Positions 12,633-25,919 of a DNA stretch of 49,735 bases are shown here, piece after piece; position 1 is the stretch's first letter; each line of letters starts with the position of its first letter. The position numbers were made by a program, and so were the translations under genes. The DNA comes from Paramecium tetraurelia. Taxonomy: Eukaryota. The stretch is from contig CT868330.1 of NCBI GenBank assembly GCA_000165425.1, positions 434,001 through 483,735 on the forward strand, read 5' to 3'. The notes beneath the pieces were generated by a model. It made no database searches, was not told the origin of the DNA, and saw only the letters and a program-made list of their open reading frames with translations.

Positions 12633-13788
12633 ATGGCTAGTTGGGAAGCATTAGAACAATCAAGATAAAATGATCTTATAAATTAATTAGCTTAGTTCAC
12701 AATCTTGGCAAAGTCAATTTGCTCCAAAAATATTCCTTATTAAGGTAATAATTCAGGCAGTCAACCAACGTCTGATTAGCAGATCATGTCTGAACAAAAC
12801 CAATAGTAAGATATCATATAGAAAACATTAGGTAAAATAATCTAGCTTAAACTACATAATTGGAAGTGATAGAAGAGTACCCAAAAAAAAATTAAATGAC
12901 AAGGTAAGAAATTTGCAATACTTTTTAGATCATCAAGCCAAATATCACTAGAAACAGGAAAAATAGAGAAAAAACGAATCCAAAAAGAAAAAAAGCTGTC
13001 AAAGGATAATACTAGTAAGGATGGCATTTAAAAAAAAGAAGTCAACAATGCTAAACTTTGGGATAAGAAGGAGGATGCAATTTTAAAAAAGGCTTACATT
13101 AGATTTAATGGAAATTGGAGAAGCATAGCAGAATAATTGCCAGGAAGAAATATGAATTAGTGTTCATAAAGATGGAGAAGGTTGAATCCTTAAGAAGTAT
13201 ATCATATTATTTATTTGAAGAATAATAAGAAGAAGAAATGGGAATTTGAGGATGATTAAAAAATTATCTAACTTGTTTAAAAATTCGATAAAAATTGGTC
13301 AGAAATAGCCAAACACTTCCCAGATAAAAGTGGAAAACAAATAAGGGAAAGGTATATAAATAAATTAGATCCATCGATCAATATGAGTTCTTGGACTAAA
13401 GAAGAAGATAATATTATTTTGAATTTTTACAAAGAAAATGGACCTAAGTGGTGTATGATCTCAAAATAATTGAAAGGAAGACCAGTAAGCATTTATTTTT
13501 ATTAAATTAGGAAAATTTTGTAAAAAATAGATTTTATTCTTATATAAGAAGAGTTTTATTGGGTCAGTAGAACCCATATTCAGTGGTTTTAAATAATAGT
13601 GGCCAAGAAATTACATCGTCCCAGGATAGTGAATCCATTAAATAAAGTTTATCAATGGACTAAAGTCCTTCAGTAATGATTTTAAAGTTATTTAGATCAC
13701 TAATTCATCCTTCTTAGAATCTTTACTTGATGACTTCATGATGAATTATGATGAACCAAGTGATTAAGAGGATCAGTTTAAAATTTGA
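12633..13788 (+). CDS. Three-repeat (R1R2R3) Myb transcription factor
   Basis: R1 WDKKEDAIL..NWRSIAEQLPGRNMNQCSQRW; R2 WEFEDD..NWSEIAKHFPDKSGKQIRERYINKLDP; R3 WTKEEDNII..GPKWCMISKQLKGRPENFVKNRFYS. Five short introns. TGA at 13786-13788. Start uncertain. Confidence 0.9.
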
Positions 13789-13801
13789 TATTATTTTTAT
13801 A

Positions 13802-14773
13802 ATGGGAAATTAATGTAACCATGCTGAAATCAATGATAATGAGTTCAAATCTGTTTAAATTGAAGATGAGTCCGACTCATTTTTGGTCTACAAATTTGAT
13901 CCCAAAATTCATTTTCTTAATTCCTCTGATTTAGGAAAATTTCAATCTCTTGATTCACTAAACAGTACAAAATCACAATTTCATGAGAGAGTCAAAAAAG
14001 TCCCTTTCAATCTTAAATTACATCGCAAAAGAACGTTGCATTATGAAAGTATCCATGATTCTCAAGCCTAATCTCCAACAACCTAAGTCACTGAGTATTT
14101 CGAATACCCAAACGGTGTTTATCAGGGTTAATTAATGGATGGAAAGAGGGAGGGACAAGGTTAGTTTTTTTATCATGACGGATCATATTTCAAAGGCACT
14201 TGGAAAAATGACATGGCAAACGGCTAAGGCAAAATAAAGTTTTAAGAAGGAGAATAATATGAAGGAGAGTTCAAAAATGATTAACAACATGGTTTTGGCA
14301 AGTACATATCAAATTAATTGAAATATGAAGGATAATGGAAGGAGAATCTTCCTTCTGGACATGGAATTGAGATTTATAACAAATATTATTTTTATGAAGG
14401 AGATTTTTAGAATGGAATGAAGCACGGAAAAGGCAAGATTATATGGTACAAAGATGACTCAAGGTATGAGGGAGAGTTTTCTGATAATTAAATAAATGGA
14501 TAAGGCACTTACTATTTTGGAGATGGCGAGATTTATGAAGGATAATTTAAAGAAGGGTACATGCATGGATTTGGAAGATTTACATGGCCAAATGATAATA
14601 AATACGAGGGGAATTACAATATGGGGAGGAAGCAAGGTTTTGGGATATTCACTTCTAAAGATAAAGTGTATAGTGGAGAATGGTATGACGGAGTGTATCA
14701 TGGATATGGTAAATTGGAAAACAAGGAGAAAGTGATAGAGGGGTATTGGGAAAATGGTGTTTTTATAAAATGA
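13802..14773 (+). CDS. MORN-repeat protein, N-acylated (MGNQC), intronless, 323 aa
   Basis: Continuous code-6 frame from ATG 13802 to TGA 14771-14773, with MORN repeats such as YEGDFQNGMKHGKGKIIW. Confidence 0.9.
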
Positions 14774-14954
14774 ATTTTGCTCATTTACTTTTTACATTAT
14801 TTAATCATAATTGCTGATTTTATTTAGTCTACAGTTGTGTGTTGGGAGTATGATGTTATATGTCAATAATGGTTGATAATAATTATTTTTAGAAATATAT
14901 GTATTGAATGCAAATTATTTCTGCTCATATTAATGAAATATAAATTAAAAACGG

Positions 14955-16239
14955 ATGAAACGAATTGTATTGTTAGCATATTTGTGCATATACACATTTG
15001 CGACTGATTCTGTCAAAGATTTTGACTTCCTGACTCAAAGCGATTATGGAAAAAAAGTATTAAAAGAATAATAGCTAGTTCTGAAATCTAGTTAAAGTAA
15101 TTATATATAAATAATATTCAAGATCCTGTCGATTTGATAATTAATCTGAATCATTTTGAATCTGAGCTTGTGATGGATAGTGAAAAGACAATGAAAGAGT
15201 ATTAGACTGTCTATACAAGCAGTATTAATTTTCAAAATTTATAAATTAGATATTGAGAGAAAATAAGCATTGAAATAAAAGATCTTCTTATCAAAATATT
15301 AATTGTAAAATGTTGGTGAGGAACTTACAATTGTCACAAAAGAAAAGGAATTTTCAGAAAAAATATTTGAGGAAAGAAAAAGATTATTAACCGAAGAAAA
15401 TAAATTTGTTCCTTAAATGCAAGCTATTCGTAATGATGAAGTAAGTTTCAAATCAATTATTTGCTAGATTGATAAACTCTAAAATTTAAAAAAAGAAATA
15501 AACCAAACCTCAAAAGTCATTAATTCATTTTTATAACAATTTCAAGGCCTAGCTCATTTCTTAGCCAAAAAGCCAGATCTGAGCGAATCCCCAGCATTCT
15601 TAGCTAATAATAAATAGAACGATGAATTGAATAAGTTTAAAGCGATGTGCAATGACATTAGAAATGAGTTGGACACTGTAGTTATTGATAACCCTTATAC
15701 CTTAGTGTTATGTACATTCATAATTTAAACATAAGTTTCCTTAAAGCCTTTATTGGCACCTGAAAATGCTCATTTGATTGAAGAGGTTCCTCAATTGTTA
15801 AAAACATTACAACTTGCTTTGGAATCAAGTTCAGAGGAGATCGAAGCTGTCAGTAATGAGAGATAAGAATTGTTTAATATCGAAAGAAATGAGCTTAAAA
15901 AAGATGTTGATAAAAGATCTGCTGAGGTAAAATAATAATTTACTATTATTTAGTGTGATTAAATTAAATAAATATTTGAAAGATCTTCTGTCGATTTAGA
16001 AAAGTTAACAAATTAATAAGCTGAGTTGAAAAAAAAGATTGCATAATTGTAGACTGAACAGGAACAATTGCAATCCGATATGGAAGGATAATAAGTATTC
16101 AAATTGATTTATTGAATAGAGAGAATACAGAAATAAACTAAAAAATAATTTAGCTAATTTAGGTTTAATTAGGAAAATTAAATACTTATTGAGTTAAAAC
16201 AATAAAGGCTATTTGCAATTCATTAAGAATTAAAAATGA
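14955..16239 (+). CDS. Secreted coiled-coil protein, trichocyst matrix protein (TMP/GRL)-like
   Basis: Signal peptide MKRIVLLAYLCIYTFA, then SDYGKKVL..L and acidic coiled coils. Size and many short introns fit this family. TGA at 16237-16239. The family call is by resemblance only. Confidence 0.55.
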
Positions 16240-16484
16240 GGAGCATTTAAATGTTTGTTTTAATCTATATATTTATATCATAATTAAATTGCTTCTATTT
16301 ATTCAATATAAATTCTGAATTTTCAGTCTATTTATAGATTTTACTGTCATCAGAACATTAAATTTACATCATCAATAGAAAATAGAAATAATGACCAATA
16401 AAATAATCTAATGAAAAAAAGGTTATAGACTTCTGAGATATTACTATATAAATTTGGAAATCGAAATATCATTACAAATTATAT

Positions 16485-18850
16485 TCAAATCATGTTATCT
16501 TAATTAGGTACCATAATCTCAGCATTTCCATAATCTCCAATTAATGGAACCATACTCTTGTTGAAATAGGATCTAGCTGCCATTGATTAATTATCTTTGA
16601 CAGGCAGACTCAGCATATTCTTATCTGCAATATTGGTCACAATGAAGTTGTTTGTATTTGTGTTCTGATTCAATTGCATTTGTTCTTCTTCCTCTTCATT
16701 TTCTAGTAGATTCTTTTTTCTGAAAGTATTCCTTTTACTAATTAGATTTAGATGTTTAACTTAATATTATTTTCTATATTCTGAAGCATTGCTTACAGCT
16801 ATAGTTTGTAATTCCCAATTAACCTTTTCTTATGGAGGCAATGAATGATGAAATTAACTATGTTGATCTGATTTATCTGACTGAATTTTAGAGGATTATT
16901 AAGAGATGTTATCTTATTCTTCTGATTGATGCATGTCTGGTCCACCTTGTTACACTATTCTTTATTGTTATTCAACAACAATCTCTTCCTATTAGGGAGC
17001 TGTCTAAATGAATTTGGCTAAGGCTTGCATTTCCATACTAAGATTGAGACTACTGTTTTTAAGATGCTCCAAATATTCAGGAATGAAATCAGTTGTTTTC
17101 ATTTCTACTACTTTATAATTACTGGATTCATTTTTCCTTTCAAGAACTGCTTTGATATAATTATTTTGCAGATTTTCTAAAATGACTAATTTGTCATCAA
17201 GGGTTTATTCTCCAAAACGGATACTGAGAAATCTTACATCATCAAAGAATTGTAGTACACTGCTGAAATAGTACTCTACATTTTGGATATTGTTTTTAAT
17301 GAATTCTTCTCTGTATTCCATAACCTTATAGAGATCCTTTACAAATTATTGAAATGATAAAGTTTTAAGAAATTGCAAGAAAAAGAGTTGATCCTAACTC
17401 TCAAAGGAATTAAGAAATTTCTTATAATCAAACATAACAATCTTTTTCTCTGATTTCTAGTTGGATGTATCAGTACTAAAGTACTTATAGATATCATTTA
17501 ACATTAGTAACTTAAAATTATAAAAAGCTTATCGATATTTCATGATGCCTTCTTCAAAGATTTCCTATATATAAATAAATATAATTACATTCTCATAGAA
17601 TTTAAGTTCTGCAAAAACTGTATTCATTTTTCGAATGAAGTAATTTTGATATTATTTTGGACATTTGGGATCATCTGATCTGGAAAGAATACGTCCATCG
17701 TCAATGTCATAAATGACTCGTTTTAGTTCTTTGGGCAATGGTTTTTCAGACTAATTTAAATGAGTTTGCTTACTATTTCATAGAGATTTCTATCCAAACC
17801 AATGATGTAGGGTAGTTGGGATTTGTGAAAATCAAATGAGCCAGGTCTCAGAAATGGAATAAAGAGACCACGCCATTGCAATGGAGCAAGCAATTCCACT
17901 AATGATTGACAAAATAATGTGATTCCTGCGGGTTTGCGAGATACTATTATAATCTGATACTCCAGCATCATGTATAAAAGTAACTTGTACAAATTAAAGA
18001 TGGGTTAGTTGAAGATCAGAACATCGAAGAGGTTATTTGACAACTTAAAAATAGAAAAGTGAGTTGTTAAATGTGAGTTGGAGACATAGTAGTTCATCCA
18101 GATCTCAGAACTGCTGAACTTTAACCTGTATTCTACGCTTGCTATTTATTGAAATACAAATACTTATCCTATACGATAGGACATTAAGTAAGTGCTGTTC
18201 GAATATAAAAGTCATAGAGTTTGATTTCTTCAATTTAGTATTCCTGTTGTCCCCTTTTGATAGTAATTATTTTATCTCTTTCCCTGTTTTGCGAGAGACG
18301 TAGCTTCTGGATTTTGAGCAATTGCAACAAAAAACTCCTTTGAGTAATGAAAGCAGGATATCGAGATATGACACAGAAAGCCTTAGGCACAAAGACCTAC
18401 ATCAATTTGTCATTAGGGGGCATTATCAAGAACATCTTTTCGTAGAAGCATGCTGATGTGCAATAAAACTTGATGTGCTATTTAAAATCATTGATAACAA
18501 AGTAATTGATCTCGTTTGTGGATGCCTGAATGTCATCCTCTTTGAAATATTCTTCTATTTTATTAAATCTGGTGTCGCCCTCTTTGATGGTCTTCACTCC
18601 CAAGGGGAAGCACCACTACATGATTATAATTCCCATAAATGTACCATGGCGATATCTGCTAAAACATGGTTCATCTTTCGTTCCACTGGATTTGGGAATA
18701 TCGTTAGTATAGCAAGATCCTTCTTATTTGAAGTAGTGCATGATTAAAGAATCACATCTATAAATAGGGTGATGACTTATGATTACCTTGATCATTAGTC
18801 TTGATCCCAGCAGTGACAAAGAATTCAAAAAGATTGCCTAATTTCTCCAT
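16485..18850 (-). CDS. DENN-domain protein (Rab GEF family)
   Basis: uDENN start LFEFFVTAGI; VFVPKAFCVISRYP; LLLYMMLEYQIIIVSRKPAGITLFCQSLVELLAPLQWRGLFIPFL...PYIIGL; dDENN-like FFLQFLKTLSFQQF. TGA at 16485-16487. Confidence 0.85.
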
Positions 18851-19166
18851 TAATTTTTAATAATAATCAAAATATATGGTTAACAGAATGAATTGAGTTA
18901 AGCCTCATTAGTCACAAAAAAGGATTGAAAATACTACTCAAATTATTTAATAAGATGAATTTAAAATATATTTATAATCACATATACATTGCGATTGATT
19001 CCAAATTATTAATAAATAATTATTATTTGATTCCGATTCTTTGCAAATACAATAGCTGAATTTCTAATTAACCAATTATTTTAAGTAATTTAATAAATTG
19101 CGCTATCTATCCACTTCTTATTTATTAACTTGATTGGCGCCAAAATGTATAATATTTATATATTGT

Positions 19167-20501
19167 ATGGCAAACCTATTTGACGAAGAGTAAGGACAAT
19201 ACCTAAGATTGAATGCTCTCAAATACCTTGAAAAACCACCCGAAGTCTAAAGACAAGACGATCCATTTGTTACCAATGGCTCTTTGGCAATCACATATAT
19301 TCTAGTGGAAACTGTGGAGTAGTATAAGTCAGATTAAGGGTTGAAGTTTTAACCCAGTTACGTACATCAAGTATTTCGATAAACCAATGAAATTTACGGT
19401 TACAAGGATCTCAAAATCACAATTCATGTCACAGCCCTTAGATTGAAGCCTTTTATTCAAGTATTTCATTCAGACTACCTAATTTAGATATCCTACAGTG
19501 AGCAGACGGAAGATGCAGATGATCTCTAAGAGAGCTTCAATAAAGTGTACGAGGCTGGCTTCCTTTCTACTGAAGAGCAATTCATCAAAGCCCTTGAAGA
19601 GGAACAAAATCAAGAGCCTTTAGGAGAATTAATTGAAGAGTATGGAGACTTCAGAATATATAAATGTTAAACGGCAACCACAAATGGGTTTATCCAATTC
19701 AAACCATTTTTATAGGCATTTCTTTTAGTTCTGATTGATGGAGTCCAATACCCAGGTGATGAAAATGAATGGGTTTACTTAACCTTATATGAAAAGCGTC
19801 GCTTTGTTGGTTTGACTACTGTGTTTAAGTTTAATATTGCATGGAATAAACAAAGACATCGTTTGAGTCAAATGCTATTCTTACCATAATACCAAAGAAA
19901 AGGACATGGGAGTAGAATGTTGAGGACTGTCTATAAATTAGGGTTGGAAGATGAGAAGTGCTTATAAATTACTCTTGAAGATCCATCTGAAGACTTTCAA
20001 GTGATGAGGGACATTACTGACTCCATAATCTTGCATGAACATTTCAAAGATATAATACCAAATAAAGTAATAAATTAATCAAAAATGAAATTAGGTAATC
20101 AATTCAATCCAAGAGATTGTTGAAATACCTAAAGAAAAGCTGTTCGAAATTATGAAGAAAACTAAATTACATGCGTAGTAAATAAAGCAAGCCTATTCAA
20201 TATATCTCTATGCCTTCATTAACAAGTAATTGCTATGTCTATGATATATATAAGGAAGTCTTCAAAATTGATGACTGAATTTGCGAGGTATCTACTAAGA
20301 GAACATTAAAAACCCTATGTTAGAAAGAGAAATATTTTGGTTCGATTTGAGGATGGCAGTTCATTGGATCCGAAATAAATGCATCTCCTTGAATTGAAGG
20401 AAAAGGAAGATAGGAATATTATTGCTGAGGAAAGTTTAAGAGATGAATTTTGTTTGTTTGAACTTATTGCTACAAAATTAAGGAAGGATAAAGTAATTTG
20501 A
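19167..20501 (+). CDS. HAT1: Histone acetyltransferase type B catalytic subunit
   Basis: N-terminal FQPSYVHQVF..EIYGYKDLKI; GNAT motif RHRLSQMLFLPQYQRKGHGSRML; QITLEDPSEDFQVMRD. TGA at 20499-20501. Confidence 0.9.
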
Positions 20502-20538
20502 AATTAAGACATTATTTATATTTATTAATATTTATTTT

Positions 20539-20829
20539 ATGAACTAAACAACTGAAAATATAGACCTGGAATTGGAAAAACTAAGGACTTTTTCAAAAAG
20601 AGTACTCAAAGAGTTGAGAATTAAGTCAAGTTATGAAGAAGAATAAATGAATTGCAACAACCTCAAAATTGATTTGGATGAATTTCAATAATGTTGCAAA
20701 AATCTCATTGACCTTACTTAGGATTTGAAATTACATATTCGAGTCAATCAACTAACAAAGAATTAAAGAGTAGATAGAAGTGGAGAATATGAAAAATTAT
20801 AATTAAGTATTAAATAACTAAATCAATGA
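20539..20829 (+). CDS. Small hypothetical coiled-coil protein (96 aa)
   Basis: Open code-6 frame MNQTTENIDLELEKLRTFSKRVLKEL...QLNQ*. Confidence 0.55.
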
Positions 20830-21236
20830 GTATTTAATAAGTAGTGTCTTTTTTCAATTTCAAATACTTTATAACAAGATCTAAATGTTATTCAATTATT
20901 TCAGAATGAATAGAATAATTCAACGAATATTTCATAAATATTGTAATTATATTAGACCTATAATTCTTTTGATTATACAATTTGGAATTATCAACTTCTT
21001 TCTTACTTATTTTATCTCTAATAATAATCTATTCATTTTATGTGTCTTATCACAATACGAAAACTTAAATAGTGGTTGAGTTTGATTTAAATTCTTTTTA
21101 AGAAATTATTGTTAATTTTTAAGGTATTTTATAAAGATTTAAACAACCATGATAAGAGGATCATTCAAGTAATACTATTCTTGAATTAATAAACACCTAT
21201 AGAAAACATAGAAAAATAAATTTAAATGTGAGTTTA

Positions 21237-21784
21237 TCATTTTTATTTCTTATCCCAACATCTTAGAGCGGTGAGGATATTACCGAATAAACCTGATTCC
21301 TTTTGCTCAAGTTTTGATTTCAAAATTTTGGGTGACTATATTCATATCTATTTTTACATTAGAAACCTCTAAGTTGACTTGCTTTTATTAAGCCTATGAA
21401 AGTTAATCAATTAATTTCTGTTTATCTTCTTTGTCTTAAATTAGTTAGGTTATTTCGTCAACCATCTTTGGGTTGATTCTCAACTAGAGTACCGCTATTA
21501 CTATTAAGATTTAATTCACCATGGGGATTCCAGACTCTATAAACTATGTATTAACATTGAACTCTTACCAAATCCTTTTTAGCACCAGTGATATAATGCT
21601 TTAGCTCCAATTTATACATCCTTAGTAATTATAAAAATTAATAATCTTTAATGCAGCCATTCGAAAAGTTCTTCTTCATTCATGAAATCCAAATCAAACA
21701 TACGACTCTAATTCACATTAGGAAAATAGCTACTTTTATTTTCATATATTACTTATTCAGAAATTATTTGATTTAGCTTTACAT
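21237..21784 (-). CDS. Hypothetical protein; the 5' part needs a non-canonical intron, or the gene starts at 21619
   Basis: MYKLELKALYHWCQKDL/FIESGIPMV...GLFGNILTALRCWDKKQK* with canonical short introns. An upstream coding-like exon is out of frame. Confidence 0.45.
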
Positions 21785-21863
21785 ATTTTATATTAATTAA
21801 AATATGAATTCAAAGAGATGTAATATAATATTGGAATTGAAAAATAGCATTATTGAATTATAA

Positions 21864-22489
21864 TCAATTGTCTTCTTTTTCCTATTCTCTACCTTGTTCA
21901 ACTTGAATGCCTGAATCTTGTTTCTCTTTGTCTGATGGCTCGGATGCAATTTTTTTAGTTTAATGACCTCCTTGTTAGCCTGGAGGTTAAGGGACTTCTG
22001 ATTTTTCTTTCAAACCTTAGTTACTTTCATTTTGATTATTTACTATATAATATAAAATATTTTACTGTTATTTAATGGAAGGGAGCTTTAAGACTCTTCA
22101 TCCTATTTTATACTCAAGGATGACTAATGATCCTAAGAAGATTACTCTTCATCCGTCTTTTGGACTTTTATTTTTTTTCTAACACCATCATCCAAGTTGA
22201 AATATAAATCTTATTTATTTGTTTCCGTCAGATTAGTGTTCTGATTACTTTTTTTCTTGTCTTTTGACTAGGGATCGTTCTAAAATATGAGTTTTTAATT
22301 TACTTTGATATATACTTGTTTTAAATCCTAAGTTGAGGGAATAGATTTATTTGATAATTTCATCTTCGATTGCGCATTTTCTTGATTGTGTTCTCTCAGG
22401 GTCGGGAATAGACTAAGAGAGGCTGTTAATAGACCTACTCCAAAGCCAATCAAAATCTTTGCATCAAACAAATACTCAAACCACTCCAT
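21864..22489 (-). CDS. Hypothetical protein with an N-terminal membrane anchor and a charged low-complexity tail
   Basis: MEWFEYLFDAKILIGFGVGLLTASLSLFP...; TGA at 21864-21866. Confidence 0.65.
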
Positions 22490-22741
22490 AAGCAATAAAC
22501 TTAATTAATAATAAAAATTAGTTCAAAAACAAACAATAATTCTAATTAAAAAGCAGTTATTAATAATAATAAAATTAAATTGAAATTAACAAAAGTTGTA
22601 TCTTTCTAACCCTTCCATATTCTTCATAATTTTCAATATAACATCTTGTATGTCCTTTATAAAAATAATCAACACACAAAAAAGAACCAAATAGCCTAAA
22701 AATTATGAAATATAAATAAAAATAATTCATATCGATTAAAT

Positions 22742-25155
22742 TCAATAGACTTTAATTTCTAATGTAGGAAAGAATGTTAATAGAATTTCTTTAAGCAAAC
22801 CTTAGTTCAGAGGTTTTGACATAAAATAATCCATTCCATTTTCGTAACACTTTTGTTTAGTTTGAAGATCATATAACCCAGTTGTAGCAATACAATAAAC
22901 CCTTTTAATTTCTTCTGTTTATATTTATGTTTTGATTAATTTAATAGTTTGAAACCCATCCATAATTGGCATATTAATATCTAAAAATATAAGTAAATAA
23001 TGCTAATTATTGCAATGTTAACATGGATTCTCCTTTTTTTAACTAATTTAAGCCAGTGATTCTTAACCATTAAATGCATGATCACATTTTACTCCATACT
23101 TCTGCATTATTAATTTTAGACATCTTATATTGTAATATTCATCATCAACAATCAATGCTCTCATGTAACATTCACTTTGTAAACAATACTCCAACATGTC
23201 TTTCTTTTATTTTGTTTGAAAAGATGGTAAAAACTGAAACTTATTTTTATGTGATTCACTCAAAACCTCACTTTCAATTTCATCTTCAAAATGATGAACT
23301 ACAGAAAATGATTTTGTTTCTTTCCTCTTTTTCTTGAACTATAGTGTTTGAGAAGATATATTCTATGAAATAACGTGAGATTGTTATCCCAACGGTCCTT
23401 CAAAGTAAGAGTTTTATGAAAGCAGCTTAATAGATTGAGTACCTGATGAATATTCTCTTAGTGCCTTAGATTCAGAAAAGTAACTTTCTTGAATGTCATT
23501 TGGCAATTCAAAATAAAACTATGTTCCTATCAACAATCCCTTCACCTTGATAGGAACTCCTCTATTTATTTGTTTGACAATCATGTTAGATATCACTAAT
23601 CCCATTCCAGAACCAACAGAATTATCAGAAACCTTAATAAACTCATCTTTATCCAATAAATAATTGAGATTTTTTTCCTCCTCTTCACTTAAACCAATAC
23701 CAGTATCCTCAATTGATAAAATGAATTTATCAGCATTGTTATAGATACTAACTCTGATTTATCCAGATAAAGTGAATTTAACTGCATTTTACAATAACTA
23801 AAAATATATTTATTCAAATCTTTCTTTATCTGTAATTAAATATCGATTCTTTAAATGATACTAAACTGATAATTCAATGCCTTTACTTTGAAGAGGCTCC
23901 TCAAATAAAGCATTGATAAATTCTACAGTTTGGATAATTTGCATCTCTTGTAATTTAAGTTGAAATATCTGCAATCCCATATGAGTAAAATCTCTCACAT
24001 TATTAATAATAAGATTAAATTGCACGCTATTAATTAGAATAGGATAAATATAGGTTGTTTTAATCTATTCTGAAATTCCCTCATCTTCAACGGCTAAATT
24101 GCTAAAGGTCATGAGAGAATTTAGACTGGTTCCAAGTTCATGTGATATCTATTTGCACATATCAAAAAACAGTTATTTTCTAACTCTACTTTATTTTCTT
24201 TAATATTTTTAAGGGACATCTAAAAACAATAACTAAATAAGTGTTTCACTTTCACTATTCTTTACCTATTCAATTAGTAAAACAGTATCTCTAAAATCAA
24301 ATGAATCGTTATCCTCAATTGAAAAATAATAAATATTTGATAATTCATCATAATAATCAGAAAGAAAGTCTGATATTTTAATTTTATGTGATTCATTGTT
24401 ATATTTGTATAATAATGATAATTATAGAAATTCTTCTTGAATTTTAAAGTCTCTTTTCTGAAGATCATTTTCAATCTCCTTTTTTAAATAATCTTCTAAA
24501 CCTATAGTACATTCAAAAATTTCCATTTTGGTATTAAATGTTAGCTTCTTGGTTGAAAATCGATCATAATTATTACGTACAGCATTTGGACTCTTTACAG
24601 ATGATAAATCAAATTGGAATGTTTGCCCTAGCTTTAATTAGTTGGTTGTTGTATTGAGTGTACTATTTGGCTAGTGATATTACGAATTCCTAGAATTTTT
24701 ATCTAAAATTAAAGAGAGATGATTTGCATCCAAAACTACTAAAATGATATCGAGTGAGAAAATAAAATAATTAAACATATTGATGCAAATTAAGAAAAAT
24801 GCATAGTAAGGCATACTTCTTTGTTGGATGCTTTATTCTTTTGAAAAATGAAATTGAATTATTAAATGAACATTCAATGAGATGGAAATGTTTTCTTAGG
24901 TTGAACTCCAAACAGATATTCCCTTGATTGCAAAACTTAGGTAAAACAGCATCATTTTTGTGAAATTAGAAAATCTCTGTTGAAATGAAGAAATCCTTTA
25001 TATAGTACTTCCAAGTATAAAACTAAGAAAATATATTACTAATAATGAGGAAGATTCCTCTATCTCTTAATAATTGCGATACCCCAACTATAGAAAATAA
25101 TTTCAGCCAATACTACTAAGTCTTCAGAAAATCTCAGTACTTCTTTATATTTCAT
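22742..25155 (-). CDS. Membrane-bound hybrid histidine kinase (TM - HisKA - HATPase - receiver)
   Basis: H box ISHELGTSLN; N box LLQNAVKFT; G1 IEDTGIGL; G2 GSGMGLVIS; receiver LIVDDE..IFLDINMPIMDG..FMSKP; hydrophobic N-terminus. Confidence 0.92.
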
Positions 25156-25296
25156 TTATTTAATTAACTGGAGTTTGTGTTCTAATTTAAGTTCAATATT
25201 GTTATTATCAAAGGACCATACTTGAAAAAATAAATATTTGAATTTCAAATAAATTTTAAATACATAAATCGTTTTACTCTCATCAAAATTATTAAC

Positions 25297-25683
25297 TCAC
25301 TCTAATTATTTAGTCTATACTTTATTTTGGAACTAGTTCTCAATCGAGGTTTCATCTGCTACAAATGAGAATTAAGGAGACACAAATCTAGAGGATTTTT
25401 GAGATGGCATCGCTTAAAATGTCTAAAAATTAGAGAAAAAAGTTCTTTTATCCACAGGGTCATTATCTTAATTTGGTTCTGAATCAGATGATTAACTTAA
25501 ACTAATAAATTTTGATGCGAATTCATTGCGAAATGTGAGTTACCTGGTGCTTTAACAATTATATAAGTTGTTAGCTGTCTTATGGTTCGCATCAAGTTTA
25601 TCTTTAGAATTAGTAAACTAAATCTCAATCTGGATTTCTTTTTCGTTTGAAGATTTTTATCCTTGCTAACAAATAGAGCCCAT
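25297..25683 (-). CDS. Small N-acylated hypothetical protein (128 aa, MGSIC)
   Basis: Intronless code-6 ORF of 387 nt with an MGxxC start. Confidence 0.65.
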
Positions 25684-25919
25684 TCTCAAATGGTAAGAAG
25701 TTAATAATTTTTATTATTTATAATGATTTATCTAGAATAGTGAATTCACACATCATCATGTTAACAATTACAGTGCTAAATTTTAATTATTGTAAATGGA
25801 TATTAATCTAACAATTCAAACATTAAAAATGAAAATTCAAAAATGAATGGTATCTCCATTATTATTAATCTTTTTCCATCACTTTTGGTAAATTATTAAT
25901 CAAAGGACTTTAATTTCTC

